64,000 nucleotides of DNA, taken from assembly GCA_964036045.1 (NCBI GenBank), contig OZ038378.1:173724001-173788000 (forward strand). The letters are read 5' to 3'. Positions 46,712-58,267 of the stretch are shown piece after piece. Each line of letters starts with the position of its first letter. Position 1 is the first letter of the stretch. Origin of the DNA: Eutreptiella sp. 'Long Island Sound 2002' (Eukaryota > Protista > Euglenida). The notes under the pieces are model-generated. The model ran no database searches. It worked only from the letters and a program-made list of their open reading frames with translations, and had not been told where the DNA came from. The translations under genes and the position numbers were made by a program.

Positions 46712-47233
46712 ATGCCTGAAGCAATGGAAGCAACGGAAGCAGCCCCGGAGTTTCCAGAGGAGCATGCAAGAAGACAGAGGGCACTGCGGCAGATACCAAC
46801 GGCCGATCTGAAAGCGCTCCAAGGTCCTGACACTTCAGATCACATGAAGTGGCCGATATTCTTGGGTGGCTGCGGTGGAGTTGTTGGCACATATTTGTCG
46901 TTCAGGGTGCTGCCAAAATACGTCAACATGCCGACCTTCGCCTACAAGTTCCTGACTTCGTTGTGTATCTCGCTGGTGGGCTGCTCTGCAGGGCTGTGCG
47001 TGGACATGAAATTGACTTGGATAAAAATGGAAAAGAAAAGGATGCGCGCCCGAGCATTGGGCTTGCAGACCGATGCAGATATTGAGGGCGCAGAGGCCAT
47101 TGTCAGACGGATGGACATGGAGAGAAAACCTGGAATTGACGCCACGGACGAAACTTGGGAGGAAATCGCCACCCGTCTCTGGAACAAGGGTGCGCCGCGA
47201 GGCATGGACCGTCAGGGTCGCACGCCTGCTTGA
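46712..47233 (+). CDS. Intact intronless 173-aa protein with two predicted TM helices; probable retrocopy of an SL-trans-spliced mRNA
   Basis: Open ORF directly downstream of the SL copy. Hydrophobic segments WPIFLGGCGGVVGTYLSF and FAYKFLTSLCISLVGCSAGLCV. Confidence 0.7.
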   Translation: MPEAMEATEAAPEFPEEHARRQRALRQIPTADLKALQGPDTSDHMKWPIFLGGCGGVVGTYLSFRVLPKYVNMPTFAYKFLTSLCISLVGCSAGLCVDMKLTWIKMEKKRMRARALGLQTDADIEGAEAIVRRMDMERKPGIDATDETWEEIATRLWNKGAPRGMDRQGRTPA

Positions 47234-47572
47234 TGTCGTCAGACGACCCTGTCAGAGGACTTCCCCTTATCCCCAACACTTTGGAGCTCATGCCATGTCC
47301 CCCTTCGATGCCTCCCTTGCAAGGTGGGAACCGTGCTGTAGCCAGCTTTGGCATGGCGTCGGCAGATTTTTGACAGATAATGTGTTGAAAGAGGGAGCCA
47401 GGTTTAGGGTGGCAAACAAAGGCTGGGACATTCTTGTGTCTGCCCTGGTTTGGTGTTGTGTGATGTTTGTGGTCTCACCGCAGACAGTTCATGATCAATG
47501 AATTGTACTGTAGGGAGCCAGCGAGCCAGCAAGCTAGTGAGGATGCAAGGGAGGGAACAGCACTAAGAACAG

Positions 47573-48156
47573 CCCCCCCCCCCCCCCTGCGCAAGCACTG
47601 CCTTGTGCAAGCACGGGTGCCCGTCTGATCATTGTTTTCCTGGTTTTTTCTGACCACGATTGTCGTGGTCAGAAATGTAACGTGACGCGGTTGTGGTGCA
47701 ATTGTAGAGGGAAAAGGGGGCTGGATCATGCTTGTGGTAGTTCCTCCTGCTCATACCAACATTCTGTTTGCAACTGCAACCCAATGCTGTCTGTTTTGAT
47801 GTGATTTTCAGCCATGGTTAATGGCTATTGCTGGCATGGCTGTTACGTACATCCGGTCCACTGTTGAACATGTGCCCGCCACAATTATTGGTCCTTCTAC
47901 TCGTTGGGATGGTTTCTTTCATGGGAAGTGCATGCGGAATGGGCATGTGCTTGAGCATCATGCTCCTTTGGACCGTGGCAAAATTTACATTTGATGTGAA
48001 GGGCATAAAATGGGTCCCCATCATAGTGAGGGGGGGGGGTACATTCTTTTGCTACCGCGCGCTGCACTCAAGCAGAGGCTTGTCTAAGCACAGGAGCCTG
48101 TCTGACCGTCGTTTTCCTGACTTTGAGCGTGCTTGCACAAGGGGGGGGGGGGGGGG
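47573..48156 (+). mobile_element. CCC-terminal non-autonomous TIR element
   Basis: (C)15 TGCGCAAGCAC ... GTGCTTGCACAA (G)16; subterminal TTGTCTAAGCACAGG..GTCTGACCG; same family as 28813 and 2163. Confidence 0.75.
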
Positions 48157-49520
48157 CATGGTCAAATCTGAACAGATATGGGAATACTCATGGGATGAAA
48201 ATTGGCACGGGTATGGGAACGGGAAGAGGAATAGAAAGCATTTGCACTCCACAATCCAGGACGCAGGGACTGAAGTCTAATCCCTTCCCATCCCAAACTC
48301 AGCTGCAGCTGCTTCAAGTCGCAGATCCTCAACACCTCAAGCCTCTCAATGTCCCTGGTTACTCGGCTCCGGACCCTCGCACAAATCACACATCCCACAG
48401 AACGGGGAGCGCATGCAGATATGGTGGACAGCTCAGAAGGTCGGTGAGGATCTGTCCAATTCTAAGGCGTGGGGACAATTAATCCATTCAAACCTCCAGA
48501 TTTTGCTTGTGACTCGTGGCTCCATTCAAACCCTTTGGAAACTCTGACCACCATTTGAAAAGCGTCGAAACAATCCTGGTAACCCATTAACAACCTGACA
48601 GGGAGATGGGGACAATTTCAGTGAGCTATTGAGATCCTCGTCCGCGATCTATCCGTCCATGCGAGTGGTGGTGGACTGGTGTGCAATTGATGTTTTTGTC
48701 AGATACGTCTGTTCCATGCGATTTCTTGCATTGAAATGGCAGTTCTTCATGCAAGTTGTTGCAACTGGTCCCCTCAAGGCCTGAATGCGAAGCCCAATGC
48801 CAGACACCTGAAGAGCTACACCGCATTCGCAGCCCACGGTGGAAGCAATACCACCGGTTGCATTTTCCAAATCCCAAAGAGCATGCAATTTGCAATGGGC
48901 GGCATTTTGGGCAAATTTATTATTTCCTGAAAAAGGAGTACCCTTTCCCCACGGTTTGTAAAGTTGGGCGACATTTTGTCGAGGAACTGATTGTCATTGA
49001 TGGAGGCATTAATGTTTGGAAACACCAAGGAAAAGAGCCCAATTGCAGAACACCTCAGAACTCCATTTGATAGACCCTCTAAACTATTGGCATGTGGGCA
49101 AGTGAGGATTGTAGTGAATTTGATTTGTTTACTGCACGATCTAGGTACACACTGGTACCCTAAGGTCGTTCTGGTGAAATTGTGGTGTTCCGGCAAAAAC
49201 ATTTTTGAAAGTGACTTTTTGTCCTGTGAAAATCTGTCGTCCCAAAAATATGAAAGTACCAATGGGGTTCCCCTAGGCAAGCCCACAAGATCTTTTCCTA
49301 TCATCTATGGGTTGGTTTGGTTCGGGGGCAAACGAACTTTAAACTTTTATTGTTGTGGCCGTTTCACCAGAACACCACCGGTACAATTTGCTGGAACACT
49401 GCCAGCACAACACAAGCGCAACACAAAAAAAAACAAAGTACGTGTGAAGAACTCATGGGACATACCGTGTTAGTTGCGGTGCAGGCAAGGGGGTCCTAGG
49501 GTCACTCCTTCTAGACCTAA

Positions 49521-49897
49521 GGGGGAGCGTTAGCGCGCCAGGCACGCACTGGGCATCTTTTTTTGACCATTCCCCACCCGTACCTGTTTTTGCCCCCACC
49601 TCACCAAACAATTGGGAGTACCTTCTCGCCGCGTCTATGAATTTGGCCCATCCCTTGCACCCAGTTTATGACGATGGCAAGGGTGGTGGTTGGAAGTGAT
49701 GTGAGTTACATTTTGTGTTGTTGAATTCTCATATTTCAACTTATACAAGGTGTGTTGCAGAGAAGGTTTGCGGTCTAGTGCGGTCTACTTGGGGGACTTC
49801 CCAAGGTGAGGATAAACTTGGGGCTAGAGATGAGATACTTAATAGAAAGGTAGCGCGCCGGGCATGCGCCAGGCGCGCACCGGGCAAACATTCCCCC
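49521..49897 (+). mobile_element. Harbinger/Tourist-like MITE, copy 2, TAA TSD
   Basis: TAA|GGGGGAGCGTT ... AACATTCCCCC|TAA; colinear with 7771-8140. Confidence 0.9.
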
Positions 49898-50649
49898 TAA
49901 GTCAAGTCACAATCTTAGGTTGAGGGGCGCTCACCTAGCGCGCCGGAAATTTCACCACTGTCAAGGGCCAAACAATGGTCCAACACTCCATCACCGTGTC
50001 GCTATTGCGTGTCAGAGACTTGAATGATGCAGAACCCTTGATAGTCCGCCTCCCGGAGTCGTTGCAAGGGGCGTGCACACTGGGCTCAGCTCAGTGGGAG
50101 CAGCAATTCAGTGGGAGAGGCAGTGCTCGGTTTTAGAGTCCCTTGCAAGGGCTTGGGAATCAACTCTGCTAGTGTCTAGGGCCCCCTGCCCTTGCAAAGG
50201 GCCTATGGTTCTCACCAGTCTTACAGGCCATAGCCGGTGCCTTGCGCGAAGACAGGCGGCAAGATACCGGCACGTGGCATGCATTCCATTGCCCCGGTTT
50301 GCCTCGCAAGGAGCTTGATTTTATCTTTACCTATTTGTGGAAGCGCATGAATATTATTTTCCCATCCATACCCACCTTGACTGGGCGATGGAGGATATGT
50401 ATCACAGCGTGAAAGCCTGCACCTAGTTGGTGGTGCCTTTGCACATGCTGCGGTGCTCTTAATCTAAACTTCGCTCAGCGATGGGACGTGCTCCCTTGAG
50501 TAGCCTACGCAATGATTATCGTGAATTGTCACTATCCTATGCCCCTAGCCTATTGCTATGGAAGATAGTTCATGTTCTCTGCACGTATTGATGCTCCGTG
50601 ACCTTTTGATAGGAGGTGCTGGACATGAACGTGTTTTTTCGGGTCGTGC

Positions 50650-50960
50650 ACTCTCAACTAGTGGTTGGAGATGCCGGCCCTCTCGGTCTCCCATGAAGCC
50701 GTAACCTTGAACATGCATGGCATACAGCACCGGCTAACACATCGAGACATCCTAGTACGTCCAAAGTGGGCACCAGACACATTGAAGCGATCAGTTCCAA
50801 TTGGATCAACACATTGCCAACCATGACTTGTGGGGTGAGTTGCGGTAGGTCCTTTCAATCTAGGGAGTTGCCACCAAGTGGAAACATGTGTTTAGTCTCG
50901 TTGGCATCTTAGGTAATGAACGAGCGGACCGCCTTGCCGACCAAGGGCGGCTGCAACATT
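50650..50960 (+). pseudogene. RNase H domain remnant (retroelement)
   Basis: NHDLWGEL...TKWKHVFSLVGILGNERADRLADQGR is a classic RNase HI C-terminal motif (50820-50950). Confidence 0.75.
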
Positions 50961-51649
50961 CAAGGTGTCTGTGCTTTTTGAGTGAATAGGTAGTCAATGC
51001 GCCCCGTGGTGTTGTCGGCGTAATGCGTTGTCCAGCCTGTCCAGCCTGCTGTGTAGGCCTTTGCTCTGATGTTTGTTTGTTTGTTTGTTGTTTCTCTCCT
51101 CCCTCTTGTTGGTTAGCATGCGACTCACAACACAAGTGCCTTGTGAGCTCACTCTGTGGTTGGTTGGGTGGATGGCAAGCCCCGATTCTATGATTAGATG
51201 GATGGCGAGCCCTGATTGCAAGGCTGCAGGGCACATATGACATGGTACTCGTGTCTTCCCTCTTTGCTAGACCCCTCCACCACATGCCCCTCAGGGAAAC
51301 AACAGTGGAGAATCAAGGCCTTCGAGCCCAAGGCCTATGCTCCATGATATGCACACTCTCGATCTCTTTTCCCTCTTTGCTATTAACATTTAGGACAAGG
51401 ACACCTCTTTTCTTCTTTGCGCTTTCAGGCTCCCAGCTCCCGGCACCTCTTTCCCTCTTATGCAGGGAGGCATGGGCTGGGCTGTGGGAAGCATTAGGGC
51501 ACATGAGCATGTGATGTGTGTCTTGGTGCATTGTGGGGTGGGGGGTTCGACTCTAGACCCCAATATGGTGCGCCCGCTGATGTGGGTTAAGGCAAGAAGG
51601 AAGAGAGCATGGGTAGCAGCATGTGCGGAAGTGGATGACGATCCGTTGG

Positions 51650-52030
51650 AGCACATTCCACAAATTTTTATGGACGGCTCCTTCTACGAGTAGGCGCCAG
51701 GACCAACAATTCAGCTACAAGGTGGCCCGATCGTGAACATGTTTACTGTTTGTACCTACCTGCCGTGGCGGTGATGGCAGCACCGCGCGTATGGTAGTGA
51801 TGCAGGCCATCAGCTCGGCCCCGTTGGTCACTTGTTATGGGCCCTCCAATGGGAGGGTGACAGTTCATGCGTCCTGTGGACCGGACCATACCTCAGACTC
51901 CGCGAAGCCGATACATTTGGGAAAGCTTAGCACCCCCTAGGCGGCCCACCTGCATGGCACGAATATCGAACTCAAGGTTTGCAGAGGTGTAGGAATATAG
52001 GGCTATTCAACCTAGCACTTTGAGCATGTT
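51650..52030 (+). pseudogene. Further RNase H-like LINE remnant ending at a (CA)n tract
   Basis: IPQIFMDGSFY (DGS motif) followed by frameshifted RNase H-like sequence. Confidence 0.4.
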
Positions 52031-52047
52031 TGGAATACATACCTTGG

Positions 52048-52065
52048 CACACACACACATACCAA

Positions 52066-52106
<41 letters not shown>

Positions 52107-52152
52107 CAACACACACACACACACAGCCATACAACACACACACAAACACACA
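52048..52152. repeat. Degenerate (CA)n microsatellite
   Basis: Interrupted CA repeats. Confidence 0.9.
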
Positions 52153-54798
52153 CTAGCATACCTACAACCATGGTGTACAGTGGCATACCTGATATCTTTT
52201 AGAAGTTCCACAAAATCAACATGGCAACATGAATTGAAAAGCCCGGTGCTACAAAAAGGGCATACCCTTCCAGCCTCATGCACCCGTAGCCCCAGCCCTC
52301 GCAATCATTGAACTTTCAATGCCCCCCTATCCACCCATGCAAGTCACCCCCCTCCTCAATGGCTTAGTTTGTGTATGTGTGGGTGTGGGTGTGGGTGTGG
52401 GTGTGGCATGATGCGACTCGATTGTCCGGACCACATATTTGCCCATCCAAACATCATTTACCGAGCTCTACACGGCCTCGTTGTACAACAAGCCAACTTG
52501 TGGGGCCGGGGAAATCCTAGTTATGGGACGCAACCACGGGGAGTCACCGCCAAGCCAAACATCGGCATCTTGTTCCCACGAGTAATAGACCACCCACTTG
52601 GTGTCTATAATGTGTTGAACCGCCCAAAACAAAATTCACAGAAAATCATCGGAACCAAATTGGTCCCATGGTGGTTCAAACAAGTGGCTGGAACACTACC
52701 GGAACAACAAAGTTGAACGCCGCTAGACAATTTTCGTGTAATCTAGTGCACACATGCACCTTGGTATTGGCTTCCCAAAAGGGTTCCCAAGGAGGCCATG
52801 TGTTTGAAGCTTGATGACCCACATGCATGCTTGGATGCATCCCCAAAGGCCCTATTGGTGATGGACATGCACCACCAGGACCACTCCCCACTTGCACACA
52901 GGTAGCCATCCCCCCTCACAACAATCTTAAGGCAATCAATCATGCGGCATAGTGGGGGCTCACTTGCAAATGTAGCATAGCCATGAGGCCCCTAGCCAGC
53001 TGATGCCCATGGCCTTAGGATCGGATGTGTTGTCCAGGGGGCCAAGCTCAAGTGGGGTTAGCAACAGGAGCCTGCCAGCTTGCTAGAAAGGCCACTTCAG
53101 GCAACTTGGGCGCACAAAAGGGCAACCTTGTGGCCTTGGTGTAACTCAGCCCCGGAGGGTGTACACCTCATATGCCATGCGTATTGGTGCACCCATGGAT
53201 TCAAGATGAGCTCACAACACCCATCCTAGGGAAGTACCTGGGAGGCATACTAGGTGATTGCCAGTTGCTGTGTCTCACGAACACATCTAGGTTGGGCCAA
53301 CCGCATGACCACGGCACGTTGCCGCTTCGCACAATGTAGCCCACCGCGCGAGGAGTTGCCCAATGAGCTCCCCATTGTTGAGGCGCAGTGCACCCGCCAA
53401 ATGGACGAGGAGCTTTGTCACTTCCTAACTTGTGCTTTGTTTTGCAGGCATGGTGGTCTATCATTTGGAGGTGGTTCAAATCACTGCTTCCATGACTATT
53501 CCTACGCTGGGACATACGGTTGCTTCCATTTTTGTGTCTTGTTGTTGTGCTTGGTGCTTCTCTTTTCTGTTGGGTGCTTGTGTGCATGTTGCGCGGGACT
53601 AGAGGTTCCCCGTACCAGGTCCATGCTTTTGGAACTTTTCCTAAGAATAGCAGACACCACTGAACAGAGGAGACAAAAGTTCCAAATACATGTACATAGT
53701 ACGAGCAACCTCTAGTCCTGCACGACACGCGCACTAGCACCAAACATCAAAAAGAAGCACCCTGCACAATCGCAAGGCACAAGCATGGAAGAAACTGGAC
53801 CTCCCAACCTTCGGATAGTCATGGAACATTTATCTGAACCAGAAATGATAGCCACTGTTGAACTGGGGTGACAAAATATCCAAATGAAATTACCTCGTGG
53901 AGGTGACCCCTCGTCTTGAACAACATGCACACGAGCTTCCATTGGCCGTGAGAGCCACCTGGCACATTCACAAAGTAGCAAAATGAAAATAAACCATATT
54001 GGGAAATTATTGCGCTGGAACTGGGTAAAACTGTGCGTTCCGGTAGTGTTCAAGAAAAAATTGTTCTGATCAAATTGTTCCCGTTCAAGCCCTTTTTTCA
54101 CCCGAACGACCTCAGGGTTCCAAGGGGTACCAACGACCAATATGATCGCCTCTGAGTAGGTTTCCTAATGCCGCACCCAAAGTTTTGCATGGGCCATTTT
54201 GGATTGCCCCTGAGCAATCTAGGGGGCAATGTGAGGGGTAAAGGCACTTGGTTGAAGCAATGCATGGGAAGGTGTTTGCCGAAAATGAGAGGTTTTCAGG
54301 TGACTAAGCATGACACTTCTCAACGTGACACTGCCAACAGTTGACCATCTATTTTGCTATGCTTTTGTAAAAGCGTAGGTGGGTTTTGAGCCACCTACTG
54401 CACTTGCGTAGTGCCTGTAGTGCACAATATGAACAATATCCCAGTGCATAGGTAGTGAAGCAGTGGTGGTGATAGAGTGTATCCGAAAAATTGTAATTAC
54501 TCTATCGAATCATATCCCAAGCTCCATAAGTGTGTATCACATGTGTATCCTAGTTTTTTATTCATTCACGCTCAGTGCCTCTGTCCTTCGTTCCCTTGTG
54601 GCTCTTCCCCAAACACAATGAAGCGACTATCTTTGAAGCCTCATTTTACAGCTCCCTAGATGCCCATTTCGCACATTTGCAAAGCACGGCATATTTTTTT
54701 CCAACGGGTTTTGTGAGCTTGGCATGTCCCGTCCAATGGGCTCTGATCAATTGTTGGCGTTGCAGGGAATCCAGCTCGGGTTGATTCTTGCCGTTGAT

Positions 54799-54930
54799 CC
54801 GAAAACGCTTCTGATGCCGGGGCATCCCTAGCGATGCCGGAGGCCTGGGCTCCCGAAATGGGGCCCGAAAACGCTTCCGATTTCTAGACATCCCCAGTGA
54901 TGCTAGGAGCTTGGGCACCTCAGCTCGGGC
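54799..54930. repeat. 66-bp imperfect tandem duplication
   Basis: CCGAAAACGCTTC starts units at 54799 and 54865, with similar downstream sequence. Confidence 0.75.
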
Positions 54931-55289
54931 AAAATGGTAGCAAATGTCCCCGGGAATTTTAGGGGCTTTGCCCGGGTTGAATTTGGGCACGAAGGTCCGG
55001 GACTTAGCAGCGTTTGCTTGGCATGTTCCCTACAAAATGCTCCGGTGGTGTTCCTTTCCATGGTGCCAAGACTTTTGGTCCCAAAAAAAACATGCCGTGG
55101 TTTGCGTTTCCGCGACATGTGATGTATTCTGTGGGTGATGGCCAAGATCTCATTCCCTTTTTTTCATGGTTTTCGTGTATCACATGTGTATCCCAGGGTT
55201 CTAGGGTGTGTATCTTGTGTGTATCCCAAAAAAAAAAAGTGTTTATCCCGCGTTGACATGGATGCACACCGTCTCCACCTATGCAATGA

Positions 55290-55291
<2 letters not shown>

Positions 55292-55363
<72 letters not shown>
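55292..55363. repeat. (CA)n microsatellite
   Basis: Pure CA run. Confidence 0.98.
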
Positions 55364-55365
<2 letters not shown>

Positions 55366-57895
55366 TCAAGCAAAGAAGTGCCTCAAGCGAGAAGTGATTG
55401 CATGGAAAACACCCCCGTAGTGGGGCAATTGGCAAAATTGGCACACACGTTGTTGAACACTGCTCTGGGGTTCGGTTGGGTGGCACGTGCCACACACGCA
55501 CGCACACACAGTCCGGCTATCGTCAAATGACACCCTGATTTGACTCCTGTGTACGGCCACTTGGGTGTAGGGAGTCATTTTTGAGTCTTTATTGTCTATG
55601 TTTTTTGAGTTTGGTGAGGTTACCAATCAGTGTCTAAGACCAAGGTTTTGATGCAAGGTTTTGGTCCATGGCTGAACAGCTTTGTGGACAATGCCCTTAT
55701 AGGCCAGCTGGTCGTGAGATGTAGTGTGCTTGGTGAGGCCAAAACAAGTGGGTTGCTATAGGGGTTGCTAGAAGGTGGATGCAACACAAATACAAAACTA
55801 GCAACCACAAGCTGTTGCCACCCTCACACTTCGAGAGATGCAAAATATCTAAGGTCATTTTCCAATTATGGGGCAGGAAAAGCCACCTACAAAGCCGCTC
55901 GGAGGCAGAAATGACCAAATGACAGACTGCGCAGAAAACGCGCTATTGCGGTGACTTGCAGCACTAAACAACACCACACATGCACTAGCTGCACTATCTC
56001 TTGGTAGGAGAGGGGCATGTGTGACTTCTAATACGCCTATTCGGCATCCACCTCGCCAAAGAGGGCACCTAGGTCTTAACATACCGGACGACTTGCAACC
56101 CCGCCACTGGGGGCCTGTAGCTTGCCTATCTTGCAAAGGCGTTGTGCCAGCTCAACAAGCTGCACTCAGGGTTGTCTTTGTCTTGGTGTGATGTGTCGCC
56201 TCCAATCTACAACAGTCGTTTCTTCACTTGGAAGAACAAGACGGTGGTTTGTGGGTATTTTATCCGCCGTGCGCGGTTGCGTACCCATGATTTTATCCAC
56301 AAAAGCACTTGGTCTTTTACTTTGCACCAGGGATGGATATCATTGGGGGACTGGGTCCGGCCCGGACTCCGCCCCCCTTGGTTCCAAAAAAGGTCACGAT
56401 ATCTAGTCACAAAAAAAAAGACCCAAAGCCGGCCATTTTGGGCAGCCCTCAACCCGTAGATGCACATGGGGAAGGGGGGGGGGGTGATGCAACAACACAC
56501 ATAACAGGCATAGAGCCCTATGGATGCAACATGGTCATTGTCATTCACTATCATCACTCAAAGTGACAATAGTGTCTTGCTCGCTGTAGCTACCCCTAGT
56601 TGACTTGTCTTTATCACTGCCACTATCGCTACCACTGCCACTATCGCTGCCACTGCCACTAGAAAGAAAAAGGCCTGCAACAACAAAATGCACACACAGT
56701 GTACAAATACCAGTAGTCACAAGAAATTTGCAGTGCAAGTAGACACAGTCACGGTAGATTTGCAGTCCGGGCAGGCACAGGAGACATTTTACTGGAGACA
56801 ACTTTTTTGGTCACAATATTTTGGGGGTTTGCACTTTCCCACTATGGCCCTTTATATTTTTCTTGACTAGTCACAAAAAATCCCCCCCCCCCCGGGACCT
56901 GGACCCCCGAGTGGCACCAAAATTGTATCCATCGCTGCTTTGCACCCTCGGGAATTGGAGAGTGCCAAGCTCAACGCCCCTCGCTAGCATAAACCTTGTG
57001 TCCTCCTTTGGTAGCGAGCTTGGCAATTGGCTCTAAGGATGGTCTCTACTTTGGGGATGGTCTTCACTACTTTCCCCTATCAAAGTCGATTGCAAGTGCC
57101 CAGTGCTCGGATCGGCAATAGGAGGGCATTCCACCGCCTTCACCTCCCGCGACAAGGCCTAGATTTTGTTTGCACATGGTTGTGGGAAAAGCTCCCAATT
57201 CGGGAGAGCCTCCATCGTATTTTTCTAGGGTGCCGATCAGCTACCCGTTTTGCACGGCCCGCGTGGATGTGTATCACTGCCTCAAGGCCTACCCTCAATT
57301 GTAGTGTACTTTTCCACCTATGCAGACCGCACCGGGGCATGTGCACTTCAATCGCATATGCATGGATTCCCCCCTGCTCTGCCTCACCATAGCGCCTAGG
57401 GTCCTACTGTGGAACCGGGGTTGTGGGGCCTGTTCCCAACCCCTTCGGGTGCTGCCAATCGTCTTGTGATGAGGTAGGTCAAAAGAGGGCACGGGCTGAG
57501 GCCTACAGCGCACAAGCAAAGCCTGATATGGTTCATGTGTCCAAGGTTTACACCAACGGTTCATCTGCGGAGGAGGCACCACACCGTGGTTTTGCTAGGT
57601 ATGGTGTGCAGTTGGTTTGACCCAGAAACATTTCCTCACTGGCCCCCCGCCCCCCCCCCCCCCTGCCATGAACGACGCAAAACCTAGTTACTTAGGCGTC
57701 ACAAGTTGCCCACCCTCTAGGACCCCGTATACGCGCGATTTGACAATATTCTACATTTCTACTTTGAGTATGTTATTTGACGTATGTGACCAAAGTTGTT
57801 GGCAGAGCTGTGTGACACCCGTTGAAATACGTGTTGATGTGTTAGCCTTGTGTATCCCCGTCTTCTAGTGTGCTGTATTTTACGTTTTTCTGAAG

Positions 57896-58196
57896 CTGGC
57901 CGAAATTTCGGCCAGGTTTTGGGTAACATTGCAAACAACTATGTGTATATGCAGTTTTTGACCCTTCTGGCCGAAATTTCGGCCAGCTTTTTGGTTTCTT
58001 GGTGAATAGGCATGATTATTTTCATTTTTCTTAGGGCTGGCCGAAATTTCGGCCAGCTTTTTGGTTTGTTCACTATTCAAGCACTTATATTCTGGTTTTT
58101 GGGTGGGCTGGCCGAAATTTCGGCCAGCTTTTCCTATTTTTGAACATGTAAGCAATTATTTCCCCTTTGAACACACCTGGCCGAAATTTCGGCCAG
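57896..58196. repeat. Array of five identical 20-bp palindromes with 49-51-bp distinct spacers
   Basis: CTGGCCGAAATTTCGGCCAG at 57896, 57967, 58037, 58108 and 58177 (periods 71, 70, 71, 69). Confidence 0.97.
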
Positions 58197-58267
58197 CTTG
58201 CAATTGTCGTTGTTCATGAGTATTACACCATACACTCCTACATAACTGTTTTCTTGTCTCAGCATTA

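Noticed and set aside
46664-46780. SL RNA gene
   Set aside because: The exon is followed by GGT.. rather than a GT donor at the junction, runs directly into an ORF, is single-copy and has no neighbouring 5S or SL repeat unit.
53808-53882. WD40-like peptide FCHPSSTVAIISGSDKCSMTI on the minus strand
   Set aside because: Single isolated repeat without GH/WD ends, splice signals or host-like codon bias.
57896-58196. Annotating the palindrome array as a true CRISPR locus
   Set aside because: Eukaryotic context, no cas genes, a short (20-bp) fully palindromic repeat, copies on both sides of and inside a transposase-like ORF, and partly similar spacer starts. Kept as a repeat with CRISPR-like geometry only.
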